From Bdellovibrionales bacterium (GTDB lineage: Bacteria > Bdellovibrionota > Bdellovibrionia > Bdellovibrionales > UBA1609), in the NCBI GenBank assembly GCA_965203095.1, contig OZ241877.1, positions 512,001 through 576,000 of the forward strand: a DNA stretch of 64,000 nt, read 5' to 3'. Position 1 is the stretch's first letter, and each line of letters starts with the position of its first letter. This document shows, piece by piece, positions 1-10,201 of this stretch. Below the pieces are notes generated by a model. It had not been told where the DNA came from, did not search any database, and worked only from the letters and a program-made list of their open reading frames with translations. The translations under genes and the position numbers were made by a program.

Positions 1-91
1 TATTCTATCTGACATTTGAGCACTTTAAACAAAACTTATTTTTTAAAAAAAGTTGAGGCAGGAAAGCCAAGTTTCTCAATATCAAAATAAT

Positions 92-1063
92 TTAATCAAT
101 CAGGTCATATTTTCGTAAAAGTTCAAGGTGTTCCTCATCTGAAGTGACAGCGTCCAGTTCTTCCTGAAATTTTCTGCTTATCTCTGCATCACGGGCATCC
201 TTCTCTTCTACAAAGTGATTCAGATCATTAAATATTACATCTAACTCATCGTAAGCTTTTTTAATAATCGGAATTATTTCCTCCTCAAGTAAATCATTAT
301 ACTCTTGACAATCCGGCAAAGCATCCCTGCAAGATCTTTTGTTTAAAAGGGAGAGCCTCTCCCCCTCTAATGGCAAAAGGGCTTGGGCGGAATCTTTTAA
401 CACCTGACAAGCTGATTGATAAAACCGGTAGAGCTCTTCTATAAAATAATCTTTCATTGGTAGGGAGAGGCAACGGTTGGCATGCTCAATGGTTTTTTCC
501 AAACTGTCCTCAGTATATAAATTGTAAGTGGGGTAAGTGTTTAAATTCCTCTCCCCATTGTAATTAGGAGATTGCATTAAATATAAATTATAAATGCCTT
601 CAGCTCCTGATCCAAACTTATCAAAGTAAGTCATAGGGACCTGATAATGGGAGTTCAGCTCCATCTGGTCTGTTTGCTCATGCCAGAGCAGGACAGTATC
701 AAAATTTTGGCCATTAAATCGAGGATAGTCAAAAGTCCCTTCAATTAAAGATATTACCCGGAGATAAGCCACTATAGTTTCATTCAATTGCTCATAATCC
801 CTTGTTCCATAATTCCATTGGTGTTGAATGTATTTGGCCATATAAAAAGCACCAGGGATATAGCCTTGATTGTCCAGATCTTGAATAAAAGCTAAAGCCT
901 TTTCTTTACCCCCGTTAAAGATAAGGCAATGAGCATAATTCATCATATCAGCTTTAGATTCCGGAGAATAATGATATTCTTCCTCCCATTCCTGACAAGC
1001 CGGATTGGCATAAGCATTTAAAGTGAACCCTATCATCATAAAAATCAATATTCTAAAAAACAT
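92..1063 (-). CDS. Secreted hypothetical protein, tandem-array copy 1
   Basis: 323-aa ORF; signal-peptide-like N-terminus (..LNAYA); AAGGAGG RBS; highly similar to four neighbouring ORFs; a weak Sel1-like segment (QGYIPGAFYMAKY). Confidence 0.85.
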   Translation of the reverse strand: MFFRILIFMMIGFTLNAYANPACQEWEEEYHYSPESKADMMNYAHCLIFNGGKEKALAFIQDLDNQGYIPGAFYMAKYIQHQWNYGTRDYEQLNETIVAYLRVISLIEGTFDYPRFNGQNFDTVLLWHEQTDQMELNSHYQVPMTYFDKFGSGAEGIYNLYLMQSPNYNGERNLNTYPTYNLYTEDSLEKTIEHANRCLSLPMKDYFIEELYRFYQSACQVLKDSAQALLPLEGERLSLLNKRSCRDALPDCQEYNDLLEEEIIPIIKKAYDELDVIFNDLNHFVEEKDARDAEISRKFQEELDAVTSDEEHLELLRKYDLID

Positions 1064-1098
1064 AAATCCTCCTTATTTTTATGCTTTAATATGAGACA

Positions 1099-1127
1099 TT
1101 TATAACTAAAAACAGGCTAAAAGTCAA
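1099..1127 (-). promoter_or_regulatory. sigma70-type promoter TTGACT-N17-TATAAA, repeated upstream of every array copy
   Basis: Reverse complement of tttataactaaaaacaggctaaaagtcaa; near-identical copies near 2190, 3305, 4383 and 5465. Confidence 0.7.
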
Positions 1128-1184
1128 GTTTTAACCTGCTGAACCTTTAAACAAAACCTGTTTTTTTAAAAAAAGATTGAACTT

Positions 1185-2144
1185 CTATGAGATTTCACAA
1201 GTAAATTCATCAGTTAGGATTATTCCCTGCTCATCAAAAAGTCTTTGTCTTCTTTCAAGTTCTGCCTCTAAGCAAGCATCCTTCTTTTCTAAAAAGCGAC
1301 TCAGATCGTCAAATATCACATCCAATTCATCGTAAGCTTGATGAACAATTGAAGTCATTCTTCCATCAGCCAAGTCATTATACTCTTGACAGTCAGGCAA
1401 AGTATCCCTGCAAGACCTTTTGTTTAAAAGGGATAGCCTTTCCCTCTCTAATGGCAAAAGGGCTTGGGCAGAATCTTTTAATACCTGACAGGCCGATTGA
1501 TAAAACTGGTAGACCTCCTCTATAAAATAATCTTTCATCGGTAGGGAAAGGCAACGGTTGGCATGCTCAATGGTTTTTTCCAAACTGTCCTCAGTATATA
1601 AATTGTAAGTGGGGGAAGTGTTTAAATTCCTCTCCCCATTGTAATTAGAGGATTGCATTAAATATAAATTATAAATGCCTGTAGCTCCTTCTATAAACTT
1701 ATCGAAGTAAGATACAGCAACTTGATAATGGGAGTTCAGTTCTATACTGTCTGTTTGCTCATACCAAAGCAGAGCACCATCAAAGCCCTGACTACTAAAC
1801 ATGGGGTAATCAAAAGCCCCTTCAATTAAAGATATTACCCGGAGATAAGCCATTATAATTTCATCTAAACGATCATAATCCCTTGTTCCAAAATTCCATT
1901 CGTTATGAATGTATTTGGCCATATAAAAAGCCCCAGGGATATAGCCTCGATTGTCCAGGTCTTGAATAAAAACTAAAGCCTTTTCTTTATCCCCGTTAAA
2001 GATAAGGCAATGAGCATAATTCATAGAAGTAGCATTATGTTCCGGATGAGCATGATATGCTTGCTCTACTACCGAACAAGATGGATTGGCATAAGCATTT
2101 AAAGTAAAAATCATCATCATCAAAGTTAAAAGCTTTAAAAACAT
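1185..2144 (-). CDS. Secreted hypothetical protein, tandem-array copy 2
   Basis: 319-aa paralogue with own RBS and promoter. Confidence 0.85.
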   Translation of the reverse strand: MFLKLLTLMMMIFTLNAYANPSCSVVEQAYHAHPEHNATSMNYAHCLIFNGDKEKALVFIQDLDNRGYIPGAFYMAKYIHNEWNFGTRDYDRLDEIIMAYLRVISLIEGAFDYPMFSSQGFDGALLWYEQTDSIELNSHYQVAVSYFDKFIEGATGIYNLYLMQSSNYNGERNLNTSPTYNLYTEDSLEKTIEHANRCLSLPMKDYFIEEVYQFYQSACQVLKDSAQALLPLERERLSLLNKRSCRDTLPDCQEYNDLADGRMTSIVHQAYDELDVIFDDLSRFLEKKDACLEAELERRQRLFDEQGIILTDEFTCEIS

Positions 2145-2295
2145 AAATCCTCCTTATTTTTATGCTTTAATATGAATATGAAACATTTATAACTAAAAAT
2201 AGGCTAAAAGTCAAGTTTTAACCTGCTGAACCTTTAAACAAAACCTGTTTTTTAAAAAAACTGAGGCAAGCCAAAGTTCTCAATATCAAAATAAT

Positions 2296-3267
2296 TTAAT
2301 CAATCAGGTCATATTTTCGTAAAAGTTCAAGGTGTTCCTCATCTGAAGTGACAGCGTCCAGTTCTTCCTGAAATTTTCTGCTTATCTCTGCATCACGGGC
2401 TTCCTTCTCTTCAAAAAAGCGATTCAGATCGTCAAATATTATATCCAATTCATCATGAGTTTCTCCAATAATCGGAAACATTTTCTCTTTAACCAATTCA
2501 TCATACTCTTGACAATTCGGCAAAGCACTCCTGCAAGACCTTTTGTTTAAAAGGGAGAGCCTCTCCCCCTCTAATGGCAAAAGGGCTTGGGCAGAATCTT
2601 TTAATACCTGACAGGCTGATTGATAAAACCGGTAGGCTTCCTCTATAAAATAATCTTTCATCGGTAGGGAAAGGCAACGGTTGGCATGCTCAATGGTTTT
2701 TTCCAAACTGTCCTCAGTATATAAATTGTAAGCGGGGTAAGTGTTTAAATCCCTCTCCCCACTGTAATTAGAAGATTGCATTAAATATAAATTATAAATA
2801 CCTGCCGCTCCTTTTTTAAACTTATGAAAGTAAGTCATAGGGACCCGATAATGAGAACTCAGCTCCATCTGGTCTTTTCTCTCATGCCAGAGCAGGACAG
2901 TATCAAAATTTTGGCCATTAAATCGGGGATAGTCATAAGTCCCTTCAATTAAAGATATTACCCGGAGATAAGCCACTATAGTTTCATTTAAACGCTCATA
3001 ATCCCTTGTTCCATAATTCCATCTGTGCTGAATGTATTTGGCCATATAAAAAACCCCAGGAATATAACCTTGTCTGTCAAGCTGTTGGATAAAAGCTAAA
3101 GCCTTTTCTTTATCCCCGTTAAAGATAAGGCAACGGGCATAACCCATAACATCCGGGAGATAATCTGGAGAATAATGATATTCTTCCTCCCATTCCCGAC
3201 AGGCTGGGTTTGCATAAGCATTTAAAGTAAAAATCATCATCATCAAGGTTAAGAACTTTAAAAACAT
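2296..3267 (-). CDS. Secreted hypothetical protein, tandem-array copy 3
   Basis: 323-aa paralogue; C-terminus shared with copy 1. Confidence 0.85.
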   Translation of the reverse strand: MFLKFLTLMMMIFTLNAYANPACREWEEEYHYSPDYLPDVMGYARCLIFNGDKEKALAFIQQLDRQGYIPGVFYMAKYIQHRWNYGTRDYERLNETIVAYLRVISLIEGTYDYPRFNGQNFDTVLLWHERKDQMELSSHYRVPMTYFHKFKKGAAGIYNLYLMQSSNYSGERDLNTYPAYNLYTEDSLEKTIEHANRCLSLPMKDYFIEEAYRFYQSACQVLKDSAQALLPLEGERLSLLNKRSCRSALPNCQEYDELVKEKMFPIIGETHDELDIIFDDLNRFFEEKEARDAEISRKFQEELDAVTSDEEHLELLRKYDLID

Positions 3268-3384
3268 AAATCCTCCTTATTTTTATGCTTTAATATGAAA
3301 CATTTATAACTAAAAACAGGCTAAAAGTCAAGTTTTAACCTACTGAACCTTTAAACAAAACTTATTTTTAAAAAAAACGAATTT

Positions 3385-4344
3385 CTATGATATATCACAA
3401 GTAAATTCATCAGTTACGATTATTCCCTGCTCATCAAAAAGTCTTTGTCTTCTTTCAAGTTCTGCCTCTAAGCAAGCATCCTTCTTTTCTAAAAAGTGAT
3501 TCAGATCATTAAATATTACATCTAACTCATCGTAAGCTTTTTTAATAATCGGAATTATTTCCTCCTCAAGTAAATCATTATACTCTTGACAATCCGGCAA
3601 AGCATCCCTGCAAGATCTTTTGTTTAAAAGGGATAGCCTCTCCCCCTCTAATGGCAAAAGGGCTTGGGCGGAATCTTTTAACACCTGGCAGGCCGATTGA
3701 TAAAACCTATAGACCTCCTCTATAAAATAATCTTTCATCGGTAGGGAAAGGCAACGGTTGGCATGTTCAATGGTTTTTTCCAAACTGTCCTCAGTATATA
3801 AATTGTAAGTGGGGTAAGTGTTTAAATTCCTCTCCCCATTGTAATTAGGAGATTGCATTAAATATAAATTATAAATGCCTTCAGCTCCTGATCCAAACTT
3901 ATCAAAGTAAGTCATAGGGACCTGATAATGGGAGTTCAGTTCTATACTGTCTGTTTGCTCATACCAAAGCAGAGCACCATCAAAGCCCTGACTACTAAAC
4001 ATGGGGTAATCAAAAGCCCCTTCAATTAAAGATATTACCCGGAGATAAGCCACTATAGTTTCATCTAAACGATCATAATCCCTTGTTCCATAATTCCATT
4101 CGTTATGAATGTATTTGGCCATATAAAAAGCCCCAGGGATATAGCCTTGTCTGTCAAGCTGTTGGATAAAACCCAAAGCTTTTTCTTTATCTCCTTCAGA
4201 AATGAGGCAAAAAGCATAACCCATAACATCCGGGAGATAATCTGGGGAATGATGATATTCTTCCTCCCATTCCTGACAAGCCGTATTGGCATAAGCATTT
4301 AAAGTAAAAATCATCATCATCAAAGTTAAGAACTTAAAAAACAT
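3385..4344 (-). CDS. Secreted hypothetical protein, tandem-array copy 4
   Basis: 319-aa paralogue; mosaic of segments found in copies 3, 2 and 1. Confidence 0.85.
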   Translation of the reverse strand: MFFKFLTLMMMIFTLNAYANTACQEWEEEYHHSPDYLPDVMGYAFCLISEGDKEKALGFIQQLDRQGYIPGAFYMAKYIHNEWNYGTRDYDRLDETIVAYLRVISLIEGAFDYPMFSSQGFDGALLWYEQTDSIELNSHYQVPMTYFDKFGSGAEGIYNLYLMQSPNYNGERNLNTYPTYNLYTEDSLEKTIEHANRCLSLPMKDYFIEEVYRFYQSACQVLKDSAQALLPLEGERLSLLNKRSCRDALPDCQEYNDLLEEEIIPIIKKAYDELDVIFNDLNHFLEKKDACLEAELERRQRLFDEQGIIVTDEFTCDIS

Positions 4345-4461
4345 AAATCCTCCTTATTTTTATGCCTCAATATGAAACATTTATAACTAAAAACAGGCTA
4401 AAAGTCAAGTTTTAACCTACTGAACCTTTAAACAAAACTTGTTTTTTAAAAAAACGAATTT

Positions 4462-5421
4462 CTATGATATATCACAAGTAAATTCATCAGTTAGGATTAT
4501 TCCCTGCTCATCAAAAAGTCTTTGTCTTCTTTCAAGTTCTGCCTCTAAGCAAGCATCCTTCTTTTCTAAAAAGTGATTCAGATCATTAAATATTACATCC
4601 AATTTATTAAGAGTTCTATTGACAATAGGGACCATCTCCCCTTGGAGAAGATCATTATATTCCTCACAGTTAGTCAAGTCCCCTTGGCAAGATCTTTTGT
4701 TTAAAAAGGATAGCCTCTCCCCCTCTAATGGCAGAAGGGCTTGGGCAGAATCTTTTAATACCTGACAGGCTGATTGATAAAACCGGTAGACCTCTTCTAT
4801 AAAATAATCTTTCATCGGTAGGGAAAGGCAACGGTTGGCATGTTCAATGGTTTTTTCCAAACTGTCCTCAGTATATAAATTGTAAGTGGGGTAAGTGTTT
4901 AAATCCCTCCCTCCACTATAATTAGGAGATTGCATTAAATATAAATTATGAGCACCGTTAGCCCCTTTTGTAAATTTATTGAAATAAGACACAGAGACAT
5001 TATAATAGGAGCTCAACTCCATACTGTCTGTTTGCTCATACCAGAGCAGAGCACCATCAAAATTTTGGCCATTAAATTGGGGATAGTCATAAGCCCTTTC
5101 AATTAAAGAGATTACCCGGAGATAAGCCACTATAGTCTCATTTAAACGATCATAATCTCTTGTTTCAAAAGTCCCTCCAGTTTGAATGTGTTTGGCCATA
5201 TAAAAAGCCCCAGGGATATAGCCTCGATTGTCCAGGTCTTGAATAAAAACTAAAGCCTTTTCTTTATCCCCGTTAAAGATAAGGCAATGAGCATAATTCA
5301 TAGAAGTAGCATTATGTTCCGGATGAGCATGATATGCTTGCTCTACTACCGAACAAGATGGATTGGCATAAGCATTTAAAGTAAAAATCATCATCATCAA
5401 AGTTAAAAGCTTTAAAAACAT
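4462..5421 (-). CDS. Secreted hypothetical protein, tandem-array copy 5
   Basis: 319-aa paralogue; N-terminal ~77 aa identical to copy 2. Confidence 0.85.
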   Translation of the reverse strand: MFLKLLTLMMMIFTLNAYANPSCSVVEQAYHAHPEHNATSMNYAHCLIFNGDKEKALVFIQDLDNRGYIPGAFYMAKHIQTGGTFETRDYDRLNETIVAYLRVISLIERAYDYPQFNGQNFDGALLWYEQTDSMELSSYYNVSVSYFNKFTKGANGAHNLYLMQSPNYSGGRDLNTYPTYNLYTEDSLEKTIEHANRCLSLPMKDYFIEEVYRFYQSACQVLKDSAQALLPLEGERLSFLNKRSCQGDLTNCEEYNDLLQGEMVPIVNRTLNKLDVIFNDLNHFLEKKDACLEAELERRQRLFDEQGIILTDEFTCDIS

Positions 5422-5624
5422 AAATCCTCCTTATTTTTATGCTTTAATATGAATATGAAACATTTATAACTAAAAATAGGCTAAAAGTCAAGTTTTAGCC
5501 TACTGAACCTTTAAACAAAACCTGTTTTTTAAAAAAACTGTTTAAAGATTGAACAGTTTTTTAATTAAATAATTTTCCTGAAATTATAGCATGAACAAAA
5601 CTTTAGTGTTGAGAGCCAGGATAT

Positions 5625-5676
5625 CTGGATTCCCGTTTTCACGGGAGCTAAAAAGCTTGGGGAGCTTTTGGGCAAA
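5625..5676. repeat. REP-like palindrome (GGATTCCCG..CGGGA family) with adjoining hairpin
   Basis: ctggattcccgttttcacgggagctaaaaagcttggggagcttttgggcaaa; similar to copies near 38670-38715 and 48894-48945. Confidence 0.75.
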
Positions 5677-6074
5677 GAAATTAAATAGTCGTCCGTGAAA
5701 AAGTCTCAGTTAGTCCTTCTCATTCTCTGCTTTTACAGGGGCAAGCTTTTCAATTGCTTTTGCCTAAAGGCCGTCCCATGAGGGTCCAAGGTATTGCCGT
5801 CCCGAAATGCTGTGGCCTTTGGGCAAATAAACTAAAAAGTCCTCTGTAAACTATTGCACAAGCAAAATCCCTGGTGAGGGGCCAAGGTATTTTTTGCTCA
5901 AAATGGGATAGCCTTTAGATAAAGAAACTAAAAAATAGTGCTTTTAGATAAAAAAATAAAAAAAAGCTTGAGATTTTTTCTCAAACTGTTAGGATGTAAG
6001 TCCGTTTAAGTCTTAAGTAAATCTCAAAGAGGTGGCTGAAAATGACTTCAAAACATAAAAACAGGGAGGAAAAC

Positions 6075-8423
6075 ATGAAACTCAATATAAAAAAAACCGT
6101 ATTTTTATTTCCCCTTATTTTGATGGGGATCGGGGGCTTATCTTTTTGGGCTAGTAATGCCAACAATAACAGCAATCCCTTTGGATCTGGAGGTAGTGAT
6201 CACTCTCCCACAACAAGTAGTCGTAATATAAGCAATCAATACCAAAGTTTTGTGGATACAGAGTTGAGCGAACATTTTGGTCAAATTGCCCATCCTCAAG
6301 CGGGGCGATCCAGTTATTATTTTAATGCTCACCTTCCGGCAAGTGTGGCCTTTCAAAAAGCTTGCCCAAATAATTACAATTCTTTTAGAACAGCTATGTT
6401 GAATTACAATAAGGCAAGATCTGTGGAGAACCAAAAAACATCGGAGCGAAGCATCCGCAATTCCAGAAACAGCTGTGCTGGAACTATTTTTGATAGTTTC
6501 AACAATATTTATCAGTTGGCAATGAGTCCCTCTATCCAAAGGTTTAAATCTGTTTCTGAAGTGCGAGCAGATATGACAGCTCCATCAGCTCTTCAAAATT
6601 TATGGCCACCTTTTTCAGAATGGGATAAATTTTATGCTGAATGTGTCGAAAAAGCCCAGGGAGCCTTTTATGGGCATGGAAGAACAAGCCGTTATCCAGG
6701 CCAAGCCTCACTTCGTGACTTCGGTTCCAAATTATCCGAGTTAAAACAAGCCGGCTGTTTTGAACAGCAAGAAAAATTCACATCCTTTTTTGAATCTTTA
6801 GATGAATTGTATAAAAAAGCAGAACAATCCTGCCGGGACCCTCAAAGACCTTGTATCGCTACTCTATCATCTAAAATAAATCTCAATTCAGAAAACTCTT
6901 TATTTAAAACCTGCCTATCTCAAACAAAAGAGGTGGAGAGTTGTTGTGCTGGGGCGGGTTGTGAGTATTTTTCCAATGAGGAAGTGATGAGTAAATACAA
7001 CTCCCAAGTCCAACCTTTTTTATCCACTGGAAACAATACTGCGGGAAACACTGCTGGCAGTGGTAATATGTGCCAAGCAAATAGCCCTGCATTTCAAAGG
7101 TCAAAGTCTGGTATTTTGTCTCAGTTAAATGATATATGCAAGGATTCTACCGATAAATGTGCTGAAAACTGTTTGTCCGAGTTAGAAGATTTTAAAAGAG
7201 ATTTTCTTTCTTGTTTTGCCCTTCATAGTGTGGAGGCTATGGCTATGCACGAAGGAGAGCTTGTAAGTAGCTCTGGGAGAGCTTATCAACAAAGTAGCTC
7301 CCAGTGTGAACAACCTTTAAAAAAACTGAGGCTTGAGTTCAGTAAGGCAGTGGCACAAGTTTGGCCTTTGTCTGATAGGAAGGATATTAGCTTGGCCCTA
7401 TCATCAGAGGCTTTGTCATCGTCAAAAAGTCCTTTTTTGTCGGCTTGTGATAAACCCTATAATGATTTAAAAACTTCAGAGTCTATGAGGTTAGCTAAGG
7501 TGGGTGGTATATTCCAGCAATCTTGTTCGGCCTTAGGGGGAGGTTCTTTTACTCAGGCCAATAATCTTCCTACTTCTACTACTCCAGGTTCTTCAGGAGG
7601 AGAGGATACTTCTTCAGGAACGGATAATTCTAATAACAGATATCCGAGTTCAGTTTCTGCTTCAGGTGCTTTGCCTTCTGGTCCTGTTGTTCAGGAGAAT
7701 ACTGTTGAGGGTTCTAATAGTAAAGAGCATGATGAGGAGATTGCTTTATTGTTGGAAGAAGGGGTTTTAACAGAGGAGCAACTTAAGATTTATCATCCGG
7801 AGGATATTAAGAATATTAAGGAGTATGCTCGAGAGCAAAGGGCTAAGAGGTTTGATCCTTTAGGTGGTTGGGCTCAAGGGACGAGGAGTGTGAATCCTTT
7901 GGTTAAGGGGGCTACGGCTCGGAGGCTTGAGAGGCAAGCGAAGGAGCGGAGGAGAAGAATAGCGAATGAGAATATATCGGAGAAGTTTAACAGGTGGATA
8001 GATGAGGCTCCTGATAGGATTGAGGATTTTAAGAGTGCGATTTCTGCGGCGAAGGAGAAGGCAGTGGAGCGTCGTGATGATGTTTGGAGGTTTGTGGATC
8101 GGACTTATGAGGATGTGACCGGTGGTAAGGAGTTTCCTTTTCCTCCACCTTTGAGGTTGAGGGATTGTATTCCTATGAACATTCAGCCAAAGGCGAATAT
8201 ATTGACATTACATGAGTATTTGGTGAGGGAGGTGGTTTGTAAGAGGAAGCTTGTTGAGTGTAGGAAGGATTTGCCGGAGGTGGATTGGGAGGCCAGAGGT
8301 TTGGATTTAAGCAAGCTTAAGGAACACACTCCGTTTAAGATTACGGATCGCCGTTGTCCTAATTACAAGGAGGAGTTAAGAGATGTGGATAGAATGTCTA
8401 TCGACCCTGTTCAAGATGAATAA
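6075..8423 (+). CDS. Large Cys-rich secreted/membrane-anchored hypothetical protein
   Basis: Long ORF; GGAGG RBS precedes ATG at 6075 (ORF track starts 6042); hydrophobic N-terminus, many paired Cys, Ser/Gly/Thr linker. Confidence 0.8.
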   Translation: MKLNIKKTVFLFPLILMGIGGLSFWASNANNNSNPFGSGGSDHSPTTSSRNISNQYQSFVDTELSEHFGQIAHPQAGRSSYYFNAHLPASVAFQKACPNNYNSFRTAMLNYNKARSVENQKTSERSIRNSRNSCAGTIFDSFNNIYQLAMSPSIQRFKSVSEVRADMTAPSALQNLWPPFSEWDKFYAECVEKAQGAFYGHGRTSRYPGQASLRDFGSKLSELKQAGCFEQQEKFTSFFESLDELYKKAEQSCRDPQRPCIATLSSKINLNSENSLFKTCLSQTKEVESCCAGAGCEYFSNEEVMSKYNSQVQPFLSTGNNTAGNTAGSGNMCQANSPAFQRSKSGILSQLNDICKDSTDKCAENCLSELEDFKRDFLSCFALHSVEAMAMHEGELVSSSGRAYQQSSSQCEQPLKKLRLEFSKAVAQVWPLSDRKDISLALSSEALSSSKSPFLSACDKPYNDLKTSESMRLAKVGGIFQQSCSALGGGSFTQANNLPTSTTPGSSGGEDTSSGTDNSNNRYPSSVSASGALPSGPVVQENTVEGSNSKEHDEEIALLLEEGVLTEEQLKIYHPEDIKNIKEYAREQRAKRFDPLGGWAQGTRSVNPLVKGATARRLERQAKERRRRIANENISEKFNRWIDEAPDRIEDFKSAISAAKEKAVERRDDVWRFVDRTYEDVTGGKEFPFPPPLRLRDCIPMNIQPKANILTLHEYLVREVVCKRKLVECRKDLPEVDWEARGLDLSKLKEHTPFKITDRRCPNYKEELRDVDRMSIDPVQDE

Positions 8424-8521
8424 ACTTAAAAGTATTTATCAATAAAATCATAAACTAATGAACTTAAGAAATAAATTGAAAAGTCCTTTTTGGAAACACC
8501 ACTTATCTTTAAATTAAAATC

Positions 8522-9178
8522 ATGGTCCAAATTAAACTTTTTGGCCTCAGTTCGCAAGGGCTTCCCATTATCAGTTATGAGTGGGGGTCTCAAGGCCCTG
8601 TAATTCTCATCTTAGGAGGAGTTCACGGGGATGAACCAGAGGGAAATTACATTGCCTTGGGTCTTTTAAAAAAATGGCTGGTAAAATTCCCTTATAAACT
8701 ACGCGTTCATCTTGTTCCCTGTTTTAATGTGGAGGGTTCTCTTTTGGCCCAAAGGACAAATGCCAATGCAGTGGATTTGAATCGCAATCTTCCAACAAAA
8801 AATTGGACCAATAAATACGAAAAAAAAAGATACTGCCCCGGCCCTAAAGCCAATAGCGAAACAGAAAACCAAGCACTGGTAAAATGGCTGAACCAAAAAT
8901 CACCTCAACTTATTATTTCCCTTCACTCATGGAATCCAATGATCAACACTAACGGAGACTGTCAACCAGAGGCAGGAATTTTGGCTCAAGCTACAGGATA
9001 CAAACTAACGGATGATATTGGCTACCCCACTCCGGGAAGTTTGGGAGACTACTGCGGGAAAGAAAAAGACATTCCCGTCATCACTTATGAGGCCGAACGG
9101 GGAGGGACTATCAAAGAGGCTCTGCAATTTCATGTTCCCGCTATTGAAAAGGCCCTTTTCGCCAGTGAAAACCGCTAA
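8522..9178 (+). CDS. mpaA: Murein peptide amidase A-like M14 zinc carboxypeptidase
   Basis: GGVHGDE (HxxE), DLNRN, ISLH, GYPTPGSLG and ITYE motifs. Confidence 0.75.
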   Translation: MVQIKLFGLSSQGLPIISYEWGSQGPVILILGGVHGDEPEGNYIALGLLKKWLVKFPYKLRVHLVPCFNVEGSLLAQRTNANAVDLNRNLPTKNWTNKYEKKRYCPGPKANSETENQALVKWLNQKSPQLIISLHSWNPMINTNGDCQPEAGILAQATGYKLTDDIGYPTPGSLGDYCGKEKDIPVITYEAERGGTIKEALQFHVPAIEKALFASENR

Positions 9179-9974
9179 GCCCCCTTTTTTTGTGAGCATC
9201 CCTCATAGTGGGACTCAAATTCCCTTAGAGGCCAAATGGCTAAAAAATATTTCTCCATCTATTTTGATGAGTGATGTAGATCGTTTTGTGGATGATCTTT
9301 ACCACCCGGCATTGTCAGCATTTAAAATCCCTTCTGTTATTTTTAAATGGCATCGCTACGCTTTAGATGCCAATCGCTTGGCAACAGATATATCCCCTTT
9401 AACCGTTAAAGGAGCTCAACAAAAACCAAAAAATTCTAAGGAAAAAAGCCCTTCCGATATTCATTGGCACAAAAGCTCTAAAGGAGATCTTTTGATAACT
9501 GATCCTTTGCCTAAGGAGTTGAGCCTCCGTTTGATTCAAAATTATTTTGAGCCTTTTCATCAAAAAATTCAGCAGATGATAGATCGTTTAAAATCAACTA
9601 AGGCTAAGGTGTATCTTTTAGACCTGCACAGCATGCCCTCTAAGGGTTTAGCTTTTCATAGAGATCCTGGGGAACGGAGAAAACAAATTGTGATTGGAGA
9701 CCGCAACAACCATTCCTGCTCTTCATCTTTTAGAGATTTAATTATTACTGCTTATGAACAAGCAGGGTTTGAACTGTCCCTCAACTGGCCTTATAAGGGT
9801 GGGGCGATCACTCAAAAATATGGCCGTCCGGATAAAGGGCAAGAAGTTTTACAAGTGGAGTTGAATCGCCAGCTTTATATGGATGAAAAAAGCGGGAAAA
9901 AAAGCCCTCACTACCAACAAGTCCAAAATCAATTAAAACAGGCCATAGCTTTTATTTTTCAAAACTTGAAATAA
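9165..9974 (+). CDS. N-formylglutamate amidohydrolase family
   Basis: SIPHSG, DANR, DLHSMP, YKGG, QVELNRQLY motifs; probable GTG start at 9165 overlapping the upstream stop. Confidence 0.8.
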   Translation: MKTAKPPFFVSIPHSGTQIPLEAKWLKNISPSILMSDVDRFVDDLYHPALSAFKIPSVIFKWHRYALDANRLATDISPLTVKGAQQKPKNSKEKSPSDIHWHKSSKGDLLITDPLPKELSLRLIQNYFEPFHQKIQQMIDRLKSTKAKVYLLDLHSMPSKGLAFHRDPGERRKQIVIGDRNNHSCSSSFRDLIITAYEQAGFELSLNWPYKGGAITQKYGRPDKGQEVLQVELNRQLYMDEKSGKKSPHYQQVQNQLKQAIAFIFQNLK

Positions 9975-10201
9975 AATCCCATTCAAACTTATTAAAATGG
10001 CTGGAATAGGCCAAAATCCCTGTTAAAAAATAAACCAACAGAGTTTTTATGCAGAGCGTAATTCCCCACCAACAAATAAAACGCAGTGCGACAAAATCCT
10101 TTAAAAAAAGATAGAAATCACTTTATCCCTTGACAATCCTTTTTCCTTCCCTTTAGTTTGAGCTTGGTTTTTTTAAAAAAAGAAGAATAAGGAGTTGTAT
10201 C

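Larger units (their letters stand above)
24..5537. repeat. Tandem array of five ~1.1-kb gene+promoter units
   Basis: Repeated coding and intergenic sequence; boundary motif tttaaacaaaac..tttttaaaaaaa present six times. Confidence 0.9.

Noticed and set aside
92..5421. Diversity-generating retroelement behind the array variation
   Set aside because: No reverse transcriptase in the window; differences are block swaps, not adenine-restricted substitutions against a template repeat
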